Shown: one piece after another, positions 1 through 7,907 of the stretch
How the letters are laid out: every line of letters starts with the position of its first letter
Position numbering within the stretch: the stretch's first letter is position 1
Source: a virus
IMG/VR virus record: IMGVR_UViG_3300045988_087663
Location: 1-54,646 of that record
DNA: 54,646 nt
Reading direction: 5' to 3' (one strand)
Notes under the pieces: model-generated
What the model was told of the DNA's origin: nothing
Database searches by the model: none
Seen by the model: the letters and a program-made list of their open reading frames with translations, nothing else
Translations under genes and position numbers: made by a program

Positions 1-97
1 ATTTTTTTTTGAAAAAGTTTACATAAAACTGTTTACATTTCCATTTTTATGTGTTACAATATACTTACAAATTAAGAAATACATAAAACAAGATACA
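1..97. repeat. Direct terminal repeat, identical to 54550-54646 (assembly closure overlap or terminal redundancy)
   Basis: Both window ends read A-T9-GAAAAAGTTTACATAAAACTGTTTACATTTCC...AACAAGATACA over 97 nt. Confidence 0.95.
32..60 (+). promoter_or_regulatory. Sigma-A-type promoter of the repeated cassette family (TTTACA-17 nt-TGtTACAAT)
   Basis: -35 TTTACA 32-37, 17-nt spacer, extended -10 TGTTACAAT 52-60. Same ...TTTTTATGTGTTACAAT core as 7593, 11276, 14463, 17963, 22986. Confidence 0.75.
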
Positions 98-123
98 TAA
101 AGAAAGGTTAAAAGGTGATTGAT

Positions 124-435
124 ATGTTAGAAAGAAATAAGAGCTATGAAATGAAAGAGTGGTTCGCCGCTAAAGTTGGAAAAGAGAATAACTTTTCTTT
201 AATGGATGGATGGTTAGTTGCCATCATGAAAGAAACAGAAAAAGCAGTATATGCAATGGTTCATATATCTGGTAGTCATAGAAAATGTATGTGGGTTCCA
301 AAATCTTGTTTAGAAGAATATGAGATTGGAAATGATGGATTTTGCAATCATTATGAAACCGTAATTGAGCCGGATTATGCAAAATGCTGTGAGATTTTCC
401 AGGATCATTGTTTCATGTATGATCTGTATAACTAA
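124..435 (+). CDS. Hypothetical early protein
   Basis: ORF-track ORF 115..435. ATG 124 lies 5 nt after AAAGGTGA (GTG 115 is an alternative). Leader and RBS are shared with the genes at 7678 and 28859. Confidence 0.7.
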   Translation: MLERNKSYEMKEWFAAKVGKENNFSLMDGWLVAIMKETEKAVYAMVHISGSHRKCMWVPKSCLEEYEIGNDGFCNHYETVIEPDYAKCCEIFQDHCFMYDLYN

Positions 436-463
436 TGTATACATAACGAAAGGAGGTGGATAT

Positions 464-562
464 ATGTTAGATTTAGAAGTTATTTTAGGCGGAAATTTAT
501 TTATGACAACCTGTTTACTTTTGGTTGCCGTAAAAATTTACAACAAAATTAAAAAGGAGTAA
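464..562 (+). CDS. Small hydrophobic peptide (32 aa, one predicted TM segment)
   Basis: ATG 464 preceded by AAAGGAGGTGG. MLDLEVILGGNLFMTTCLLLVAVKIYNKIKKE. Double stop TAATAA. Confidence 0.5.
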   Translation: MLDLEVILGGNLFMTTCLLLVAVKIYNKIKKE

Positions 563-566
563 TAAG

Positions 567-890
567 ATGGAGAAGTTTTCAACGAGCAGAACAGCGCAAA
601 TCTTGGATGTGTCTACTAATACACTGAAAAGATGGTATAAGTGGTACAATGATGCTACTTATCAAAAGCCCCCCTTATTAACACTTCCAAAGCCAGAACT
701 AAATGAATTTGGTACAATGTTTTTCACAATGAATCAGATTCAGGAGTTAGCGCAGTTTAAGAAAGATCTGCACGGAAAATATAGAGGATGTATGGCTGAG
801 TTTAACGCTGTATATCAGTGGGGCAGAAGAGGCACAAAGATATTAAGCGTTGGTAAGCAGTACAATAAAAAGGAGAATAATAATGAGTAG
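567..890 (+). CDS. Helix-turn-helix DNA-binding protein (MerR/excisionase-like N-terminus)
   Basis: N-terminus FSTSRTAQILDVSTNTLKRWYKW resembles MerR/Xis-type HTH. RBS AAAAGGAG upstream. Confidence 0.5.
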   Translation: MEKFSTSRTAQILDVSTNTLKRWYKWYNDATYQKPPLLTLPKPELNEFGTMFFTMNQIQELAQFKKDLHGKYRGCMAEFNAVYQWGRRGTKILSVGKQYNKKENNNE

Positions 891-1287
891 AAGAGATGGA
901 AATCCTGGATTTGATTTGTCTAAAGTTATAGACGAATACAAAGAATCAAAGGATAAGGAAAATGCTCTAAAGAAGGCTAATACAGCTATGAATGAAAGTA
1001 TCAAGAATTATATGTCAGAAAATGGCATGGATGAAGCAAGTTCAGATATGTACACAGCTGTACTATCCAATACAACAAAAGAAAGTCTAAATGAGGAACT
1101 TGCCATTGAGATTATCAAGGAAAACTTGGGTGGTGCGTTGTTGAATTCTGTTATTAAACAAAAAGAGTATATTGACGAAGACGCTTTAGAAAAGTTGGTG
1201 TATAATGGAGACTTTGATATCTCTAAACTAGAAAAAGCAAAGATAACCAAAGTAACAACAACATTAAGAATCAAAAAGAAAAATTAA
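883..1287 (+). CDS. Hypothetical protein (helical, charged)
   Basis: ATG 883 after AAAAGGAG, in frame with track ORF 850..1287. Confidence 0.6.
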   Translation: MSRRDGNPGFDLSKVIDEYKESKDKENALKKANTAMNESIKNYMSENGMDEASSDMYTAVLSNTTKESLNEELAIEIIKENLGGALLNSVIKQKEYIDEDALEKLVYNGDFDISKLEKAKITKVTTTLRIKKKN

Positions 1288-1301
1288 AGGAGGATTATAT
1301 T

Positions 1302-1874
1302 ATGACAAAATGTAAATGGGCAGGAGACCAAAATGACGAGTATTGCAAAAACTGTGATGGTGTTACAATGGAGGTAGATGGCAATTCGATTTCTTGCACA
1401 GAATGTGCAGGATATGAAGCTGGTACAGAAGAGGTAGATTCTACCAAGGATATGGATGAACCAGTTCAGGATAAAGTAGAAGAATCATTGCCAATTGAAG
1501 AAACAAAGAATGAGGCACCGGAGAACAACGAAAAACCTATCGAGAAGCCATCAAAAAGCGACAAGCCTAACAACAATACACCTAAGGAAGAAAAACCGCT
1601 TAAATCAAAAAATAACAAGGCTACAAAGGTAAAAGAAGAAAAGAAAGCTGTTGAGAAAACAGCTAAAGATGAAAATGGACAAGTAAAAGTCGTTTCCATG
1701 CGTTATACATCAGGGGCCACCATTAAGAAAAATGACAACTACTTCAAATTTGTAGCAGAGGAAGAATGGGATGTATCACAGGTTGATAATGTAGAGGATG
1801 TGAGAGAACAGCTCTGGGTGAAGTTGAATGGAGAAGTAGATAAGCAGATTGAAGAATTGCAGAACATGAATTAA
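1302..1874 (+). CDS. Hypothetical protein with N-terminal Cys4 zinc-ribbon-like motif and a Lys/Glu-rich linker
   Basis: CKWAG..CKNCDG..CTECAG at the N-terminus. RBS AAAGGAGG upstream. Confidence 0.6.
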   Translation: MTKCKWAGDQNDEYCKNCDGVTMEVDGNSISCTECAGYEAGTEEVDSTKDMDEPVQDKVEESLPIEETKNEAPENNEKPIEKPSKSDKPNNNTPKEEKPLKSKNNKATKVKEEKKAVEKTAKDENGQVKVVSMRYTSGATIKKNDNYFKFVAEEEWDVSQVDNVEDVREQLWVKLNGEVDKQIEELQNMN

Positions 1875-1883
1875 AATTTTGTA

Positions 1884-1912
1884 TTGTAATTTGATTTATA
1901 TTGTGTTATAAT
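1884..1912 (+). promoter_or_regulatory. Sigma-A-type promoter (TTGTAA-17-TGtTATAAT)
   Basis: -35 TTGTAA 1884-1889, 17-nt spacer, TGTTATAAT 1904-1912. Variant of the repeated cassette core. Confidence 0.6.
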
Positions 1913-1915
1913 AAA

Positions 1916-2058
1916 GTTGCGAGTTGGATAAAAGATAATTTAATATATAACAAAAATATCCTTGTTATAAATAGGTGTACCTTTTCGTACACAACCAACT
2001 TTTTTATTCAACTCGCAACTGATTAAAAAAGAAAGGTACATCTATTTATATCAAGGAT
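1916..2058 (+). promoter_or_regulatory. Two interleaved long inverted repeats in the leader of the initiator-like gene (candidate origin, operator or RNA switch)
   Basis: A 1916-1934 pairs with A' 1999-2019 (one G.U position). B 1958-1984 pairs with B' 2032-2058 (25/27). Order is A-B-A'-B'. Local hairpin GTGTAC/GTACAC at about 1975-1993. Confidence 0.6.
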
Positions 2059-2082
2059 TTTTTAATTGAAAGGAGTATTATT

Positions 2083-2895
2083 TTGTCAGTCATAAGGGTA
2101 GAAAAAACAAAGAATTATACAGTTATGAGCAACTATCATTTAAAAGAAAGAAATATGTCTTTAAAAGCTAAAGGACTATTATCTTTGATGTTATCTTTAC
2201 CTGATAATTGGGATTATTCGATCGCAGGGCTAGTTGCAATCTGTAAAGAAAATGAGACAGCTATAAAGTCAACATTAAAAGAGTTGAAAGAGTTTGGTTA
2301 TGTCCGCATTGAAAAAATAATGCCGGATAAGACAGAATCCGGACGGATTGAATATGTTTACAATATTTTTGAAAAACCGAAACAAGAGGGTAAAAAACAA
2401 GGTGTAGAAAATCTACCCCTAGAAAATCAACCACTAGAAAATCAAGTACAATTAAATACTAAACAATCAAATACTAATAAAACAAATACTAAAGAAAAGA
2501 AAAAAAATAATACAAAAAAAGATTTTTCAGATATGATTCTAAAGATATGTTTAGAAAATGATATAGAAGATGATGTTAGTATAGAACTTATAGAGAATTT
2601 TTTAACTGAAATGAAAATAAAAACAAAAGGAGCAATAGAAGCAAATATAGCAAAAGTAGCAGGTAAATCTAAATCAATTATAGAGAAGTGTATCAAGACA
2701 AGCTATGAAAGAAATTATAAATACATCACACCGCCGGAATGGTTACAGAACAAGAACAATTCTTATAATGGAACCAGTAAATGCTCAAAAGAATTGGCTT
2801 GGAGAACACATGAAGAAATGGAAGAGTCAGAAAAGAAAAGACAAGAATTTTTTGAAAAAGTAAGAAACAATGATCCATCAATACATCATTTTTAA
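2083..2895 (+). CDS. Replication initiator / replisome-organizer-like winged-helix protein
   Basis: TTG start after AAAGGAG. N-terminus VEKTKNYTVMSNYHLKERNMSLKAKGLLSLMLSLPDNWDYSIAGL is typical of Firmicutes phage/plasmid initiator HTH domains. Sits upstream of the loader and helicase. Confidence 0.6.
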   Translation: MSVIRVEKTKNYTVMSNYHLKERNMSLKAKGLLSLMLSLPDNWDYSIAGLVAICKENETAIKSTLKELKEFGYVRIEKIMPDKTESGRIEYVYNIFEKPKQEGKKQGVENLPLENQPLENQVQLNTKQSNTNKTNTKEKKKNNTKKDFSDMILKICLENDIEDDVSIELIENFLTEMKIKTKGAIEANIAKVAGKSKSIIEKCIKTSYERNYKYITPPEWLQNKNNSYNGTSKCSKELAWRTHEEMEESEKKRQEFFEKVRNNDPSIHHF

Positions 2896-2908
2896 AGGAG
2901 GAATAAAA

Positions 2909-3268
2909 ATGGCATATAAAGGAGCATATAAGGCTAAAGATGAAAAGTATCTGAAAGAATTGGTTCTGGGTTGTATAACTGATGAACCTACAAGACTCAG
3001 TTCCACTAAAATAGCAGATTACCTTGGCATAAGTGCAAGAGACGTTCGTCTACTAGTGCAGAAGTTAAGAGATGACGGCTACCCAATATGTGCTACACCA
3101 GAGCAAGGATACTGGATGGCAAGAACAAGCTTGGATATGAATGATACAATGAGTAAGCTAAAATCACACATCGAGAATAGCATAGATACCTATAATTCAC
3201 TTGTGGAAAGTCAAAATGAATTAAAACGAAAGGAAGGAAATAATGAATATACAGAGTTGCTGGTATAA
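2909..3268 (+). CDS. Winged-helix DNA-binding protein
   Basis: ATG 2909 after AAAGGAGG. LSSTKIADYLGISARDVRLLVQKLRDDGYPI resembles HTH_11/DeoR-type wHTH. Confidence 0.5.
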   Translation: MAYKGAYKAKDEKYLKELVLGCITDEPTRLSSTKIADYLGISARDVRLLVQKLRDDGYPICATPEQGYWMARTSLDMNDTMSKLKSHIENSIDTYNSLVESQNELKRKEGNNEYTELLV

Positions 3269-3905
3269 GAGAATATGTACGGAACAATGCTCAGAAAACT
3301 GCATAAGGTATAAGCTGATGTATTCATTATTCAAGCAATCTAATCTTCCGGAAGCTTTGTGGGATTATAAAGAGCTTGTATGTCATGAAAAAGATTTACA
3401 GGTTTATAAGAAACTACAAGCAAAATCAGATAATATTTTGAATTTTATTGCAAATGGCAATAATTTATACATTTACTCAGAAAACTGCGGAAATGGCAAG
3501 ACTACATGGGCTATTAGATTGATGTATTCCTACTTCGATAAGATATGGCATAAGAGTTGTTTTGATTGCAAGGCGTTGTTTGTCAGCGTTCCTAAATTTT
3601 TGTATAATTGTAAGCGTTCTATTTCACAAGACGTAAAAGGCTTTGAAGAATTATGTAATCTTATAAGCGAGGTAGATTTGGTTATATGGGATGATATAGG
3701 AGAAATGAAAGCAAGTGACTATGAGCATCAAATATTATTTCAGTATATTGATGACAGAATCAATTCAAAGAAAAGCAACATATATACAAGCAATAAGAAC
3801 AAAGAACAGCTTGAAGATGTATTGGGTGTAAGACTTGCAAGCCGGATTTATAATTGTTCTGAGTGTATAGAATTTTTAGAAGAAGATAAGAGAGGTAAAT
3901 ACTGA
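3243..3905 (+). CDS. DnaC/IstB-like AAA+ helicase loader
   Basis: Walker A SENCGNGKTT, Walker B DLVIWDDIGE. Directly upstream of and overlapping the DnaB-like gene. Confidence 0.7.
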   Translation: MNIQSCWYKRICTEQCSENCIRYKLMYSLFKQSNLPEALWDYKELVCHEKDLQVYKKLQAKSDNILNFIANGNNLYIYSENCGNGKTTWAIRLMYSYFDKIWHKSCFDCKALFVSVPKFLYNCKRSISQDVKGFEELCNLISEVDLVIWDDIGEMKASDYEHQILFQYIDDRINSKKSNIYTSNKNKEQLEDVLGVRLASRIYNCSECIEFLEEDKRGKY

Positions 3906-5176
3906 TGGTAGAATTACAGATTTTGAACCGAGTGCTAAAAGACAAAAATACTTCTCTTTTAGATTTGAATGACATAACAAGAGATTATTTCAATCAATAT
4001 CAAGAAGAATATGACTACATAATGGAACACAAGCAAGAATATGGAAATGTTCCAGATTTGGAAACATTCCTAGCAAAGTTCCAGGATTTTGATGTAGTCA
4101 ATGTATCTGAAAGCACTGAATATCTTGTAAATACTTTTAGAGAAGAATATCTATATTCCCAGTCGGTTCCAGTGCTCACAAAGATGGCGGAACTATTACA
4201 GACAGACGCCTATTCAGCAGTAGACTATCTTAAATCAAAATTGCCGGAATTAAAAATTGATGGAGCAGTAAAAGGTACTGACATTATATCACAAGCAAAG
4301 GAAAGGCTTGAAGAGTGGAAAGAAACAAAAGATAATCAAGATACACACTTTATAGCAAGCGGATTTGAAGAGATAGATACAGATCTGGGAGGATGGCATA
4401 AAGGGGAGGAGCTTGTAGTTTTATTTGCACGAACAGGACAAGGAAAATCTTGGGTGCTTATTAAAATGTTAGAACACGCATGGAAAGTATATCATGCAAG
4501 AGTAGGACTTTTAGAGCCGGAAATGTCAGCAAGTAAAACAGGATATAGATTTGATACAGTACATCAACATATATCATCAAAAGCACTGTATAAAGGTGAA
4601 GATGTGCAGGGCTATGAAAAGTATATAAATAAGTTAGCTGACGATGGTACTCCATTCTATGTTGCACACCCTAAAGATTTTCAAAAGAAAGTAACAGTTT
4701 CAAAATTGAAAAGCTGGTGTGAATCAAATAAATTGGATATTCTTGCAATAGATGGTATCTCTTATCTGCATGATGAACGAGGAAAAAGAGGAGATAATAA
4801 AACAACACAGTTGACGAACATATCTGAAGATTTAATGCAGTTGAGTATTGACTTAAAAATACCTGTGTTAGTAGTTGTGCAGTCAAATAGAGAGTGTGTA
4901 CAAAATGAAGATTTACAATTAGACAATATTAGGGATTCTGATGGAATTGCTTATAACGCATCAATCGTTCTTTCAATTCAGCAAAAAGAAGAAGGCTTGC
5001 AAATACAGGATGTGAAAGCAAGAAATTCAAAAGTTGGAATTAAATGGGTTTATGCCTGGGATACAGATAAAGGTACTTTTGACTATATCCCTAACCCGAA
5101 AAAAGGAAAAGAAGACGATGAAAAAAGCGAAGATTTAAGGCGTAGATATCATGATAGAGAAAGTGAGGAATATTAA
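3905..5176 (+). CDS. dnaB: Replicative DNA helicase (DnaB family)
   Basis: 423 aa. Walker A ARTGQGKSW, RecA-like C-terminal domain, N-terminal DnaB-like helical domain. Confidence 0.8.
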   Translation: MVELQILNRVLKDKNTSLLDLNDITRDYFNQYQEEYDYIMEHKQEYGNVPDLETFLAKFQDFDVVNVSESTEYLVNTFREEYLYSQSVPVLTKMAELLQTDAYSAVDYLKSKLPELKIDGAVKGTDIISQAKERLEEWKETKDNQDTHFIASGFEEIDTDLGGWHKGEELVVLFARTGQGKSWVLIKMLEHAWKVYHARVGLLEPEMSASKTGYRFDTVHQHISSKALYKGEDVQGYEKYINKLADDGTPFYVAHPKDFQKKVTVSKLKSWCESNKLDILAIDGISYLHDERGKRGDNKTTQLTNISEDLMQLSIDLKIPVLVVVQSNRECVQNEDLQLDNIRDSDGIAYNASIVLSIQQKEEGLQIQDVKARNSKVGIKWVYAWDTDKGTFDYIPNPKKGKEDDEKSEDLRRRYHDRESEEY

Positions 5177-5177
5177 A

Positions 5178-5468
5178 ATGATTTTTGTAATTGATAAGCT
5201 GAAATATGATACAGATAAAATGGAATTGATTTCTGAAAAATGTAAATATGCTTACACTTGGGTATTAACATTAACAAATACAAAAATGAGCAGTTATGGA
5301 AAAGATGTTAAATTGTGGAAAAGTAAAAAAGGAAATTGGTTATTGACATATCGTACAGAATATTATTTAAAAGGAGTTAAACTACTTGAAGAAGATGTTA
5401 AAAAGTTATTGCTGAAATATGATTTACAAAAGTATGAAGAATTATTTGGAGAGCTTGAGGAGGCATAA
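5178..5468 (+). CDS. Hypothetical protein
   Basis: ATG 5178 after GTGAGGA, which lies in the dnaB 3' end. In frame with track ORF 5151..5468. Confidence 0.6.
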   Translation: MIFVIDKLKYDTDKMELISEKCKYAYTWVLTLTNTKMSSYGKDVKLWKSKKGNWLLTYRTEYYLKGVKLLEEDVKKLLLKYDLQKYEELFGELEEA

Positions 5469-5493
5469 GTCTTGATAAAATTACAAGATATTA

Positions 5494-6531
5494 TTGGCAA
5501 AGAAAGTGAGGAATATTAAATTGGATTTACTAGAATTATTAAATCAAGAACCACCAATAATCCCAAAAAATTCTACAGTTTTGGATAATTTTGTAAAAGC
5601 GTATTCAATTATAAATAAACCGCAATACAAAACTATTTTATGTTTAATTTCCGGTGGTAGTGATAGTGATGTTATGATGGATATTATATACAAAGTAGAT
5701 GTGAATAAGAAAGTAACCTATGTATGGTTTGATACAGGATTGGAATATGAAGCTACAAAAAGGCATATTGAGTATCTAGAAAAGAAATATGATGTAAAAA
5801 TCATGAGAGAGAGAGCTATTAAGCCTATTCCTTTAACTTGTAAAGAGTATGGTCAGCCATTTATATCTAAATATGTTTCGGAACTTTTAGATAGGTTGCA
5901 GAAAAAAGATTTCGATTTCAAAGATTATAATTATGATTATATGTTAGATAATTACGGTAAATTGTTAGCGTCTTGGTGGTGTAACAAGCACGAAAGTAAT
6001 CAGTTCAATATTGATCGAAATCTTTATTTGAAAGAATTCTTAATAGATAATCCACCAGCATTTAAGATATCAAGTAAATGTTGTGATTACGCTAAAAAGA
6101 ATGTGTCAAAAAAACTAATTAAAAAATATAATATTGATTTGATGATTGTGGGTGTACGAAAAGCTGAGGGTGGGATAAGAGCGACAGCCTATGAAAATTG
6201 TTTTTCCGAAGAATTACACGGAGCCGCACAATATAGACCTCTCTGGTGGTACAATAATGATGATAAGAAAGATTTTGAAGATTATTGTGGAATAGTTCAT
6301 AGTGATTGCTATAAAAAGTATGGATTTCCTAGAACTGGTTGCTGTTGTTGCCCTTATGGGTGGGTGCACAATAAACTATTACACGAATTAGAACAGACAA
6401 AGAAATATGAACCAAAATTATATAAAGCAGTAAATAATGTATTCAAAGATAGTTATGAATACACAAGACAATATTTACAGTTTAGAAAAGAAATGAAAGA
6501 CAAAGAAAAAGGAAGGAAGAGATTGTTTTGA
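5494..6531 (+). CDS. PAPS reductase / DndC-like PP-loop ATP pyrophosphatase family protein with C-terminal Cys cluster and ..RKRLF tail
   Basis: PP-loop SGGSDS, VWFDTGLEYEAT, CCCCPYG cluster. Start is TTG 5494 or, better supported by GTGAGGA, TTG 5521. Confidence 0.7.
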   Translation: MAKKVRNIKLDLLELLNQEPPIIPKNSTVLDNFVKAYSIINKPQYKTILCLISGGSDSDVMMDIIYKVDVNKKVTYVWFDTGLEYEATKRHIEYLEKKYDVKIMRERAIKPIPLTCKEYGQPFISKYVSELLDRLQKKDFDFKDYNYDYMLDNYGKLLASWWCNKHESNQFNIDRNLYLKEFLIDNPPAFKISSKCCDYAKKNVSKKLIKKYNIDLMIVGVRKAEGGIRATAYENCFSEELHGAAQYRPLWWYNNDDKKDFEDYCGIVHSDCYKKYGFPRTGCCCCPYGWVHNKLLHELEQTKKYEPKLYKAVNNVFKDSYEYTRQYLQFRKEMKDKEKGRKRLF

Positions 6532-7574
6532 TAAAACTACAAGATACAATTATACAAACTGATACTCAATCTGTCCTGGATAGGCTTAAATTTGACTTAG
6601 CCCAGCATGGAGTTGATAGATTTCATCAATTTAGACGAAATGGCGATAATATCCAAACTTCATGTCCTTTCCACAAGAATGGACAAGAACGAAAGCCATC
6701 CTTTGGTGTAAATGGGGAAATTGATAAATGCCATTGTTTTGCCTGCGGCTGGAGTGGAACGATTGAGGAAATGATATCTGAATTATATGGATATCAAGAT
6801 GAAGGTAAATTTGGAAAAAGATGGCTAATAAAAAGATTCAATACAGTAGAAATTGAAACAAGACCAAATATAATGGAGGGATTTAATGGAAGGAAAATCA
6901 ATTTATCCAGAGGAATTTATAAAGGCATTGAAACAACATCAAAAGGAAAATCCAGAGAAATGGGAAAAGCTGGACAAGGAAATGAATATGAAAAGAACAG
7001 AGACTTGGAAGAAGGAGATAAAACAGTTATTACAGAAGAAGAATTAGATAAATATAGATATATTCATCCATACATGTATTCTAGAGGCCTTACAGATGAA
7101 ATTATAGAAAGGTTTGATATAGGTTATGACAGAGAGCGAAAAGAAATTACATTCCCAGTTAGAGACATTGAAGGAAGATGTGTGTTTGTTGCAGGAAGAA
7201 GTACGGAGAGGAAGTTTTTCCGACTACCACAAGGACTTAATAAGCCACTATATCAGGGATATAGATTTGTCGATGGAAGCTATAAGATTTGTTATGTCAC
7301 TGAATCATTCTTAAATTGTTTAACTTGTTGGAAATATGATAAGCCTGCTATGGCTATGATAGGTACTGGAAATAAAAAGCAGTATGAAATACTCAATAGA
7401 TTACCAGTTAGAACTTATATACTAGCATTTGACCCAGATGAAGCAGGAAGAAAAGCAACAGAAAGATTCAAGAAAAATGTACATGGAAAAATTATAAAAG
7501 AACTTGTATATACAGATAATCGTGATATAAATGATCTGCAAGAAGAATTTCTGAATTGCAAAATTATTTTTTGA
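6528..7574 (+). CDS. dnaG: DNA primase (CHC2 zinc finger + Toprim)
   Basis: CPFHKNGQERKPSFGV...CHCFACGWSG zinc-binding domain. Toprim-like YVTESFLNC...AFDPDEAGR. Confidence 0.8.
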   Translation: MIKLQDTIIQTDTQSVLDRLKFDLAQHGVDRFHQFRRNGDNIQTSCPFHKNGQERKPSFGVNGEIDKCHCFACGWSGTIEEMISELYGYQDEGKFGKRWLIKRFNTVEIETRPNIMEGFNGRKINLSRGIYKGIETTSKGKSREMGKAGQGNEYEKNRDLEEGDKTVITEEELDKYRYIHPYMYSRGLTDEIIERFDIGYDRERKEITFPVRDIEGRCVFVAGRSTERKFFRLPQGLNKPLYQGYRFVDGSYKICYVTESFLNCLTCWKYDKPAMAMIGTGNKKQYEILNRLPVRTYILAFDPDEAGRKATERFKKNVHGKIIKELVYTDNRDINDLQEEFLNCKIIF

Positions 7575-7592
7575 AAAATTTATAAAAATCAC

Positions 7593-7621
7593 TTGCATTT
7601 TACCTTTTTATGTGTTACAAT
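7593..7621 (+). promoter_or_regulatory. Repeated-cassette promoter (TTGCAT-17-TGtTACAAT)
   Basis: -35 7593-7598, -10 TACAAT 7616-7621. T6GA5 tract 7567-7578 upstream. GTTAATAGATAACA 7630-7643 downstream. Confidence 0.75.
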
Positions 7622-7677
7622 ATATACAAGTTAATAGATAACAAACAAACACATAGAAAGGTAAAAAAGTGATTGAT

Positions 7678-7868
7678 ATGACAAAAATGATTATTGATAA
7701 TAAAGCAACCGCACAGAAAAATATGAGTGTTATGATATTGATAGAAACGAGTATCCAACTGTTGAGGATTTGAAATCATTGGTAGAAGATTGTATGAATG
7801 ATGAAGTTTATTTGATTAGAGTATATGAAAATGAAACAGAGTTATTCACAATCAGAAATGAGAAGTAA
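7678..7868 (+). pseudogene. Small ORF with a frame break at an A5 run (31-aa ORF 7678..7773, with a coding-like -1 frame continuing to 7868)
   Basis: Conserved leader and RBS as at 124 and 28859. The -1 frame reads ..YECYDIDRNEYPTVEDLKSLVEDCMNDEVYLIRVYENETELFTIRNEK and has no start codon of its own until late. Confidence 0.35.
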
Positions 7869-7907
7869 AAAACAATGTGAAGCGATAACACATATAAACA
7901 CTAATAT

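Noticed and set aside
567-890. Excisionase/lysogeny module (MerR/Xis-like HTH)
   Set aside because: No integrase, recombinase, CI/Cro-like repressor pair or att-like sequence was recognisable. A small HTH alone does not support a temperate lifestyle.
5494-6531. Reading the PP-loop enzyme as QueC (preQ0 synthase)
   Set aside because: The length (345 aa), the VWFDTGLEYEAT segment and the overall pattern fit the PAPS-reductase/DndC family rather than the roughly 220-aa QueC. It cannot be used to claim preQ0 biosynthesis.
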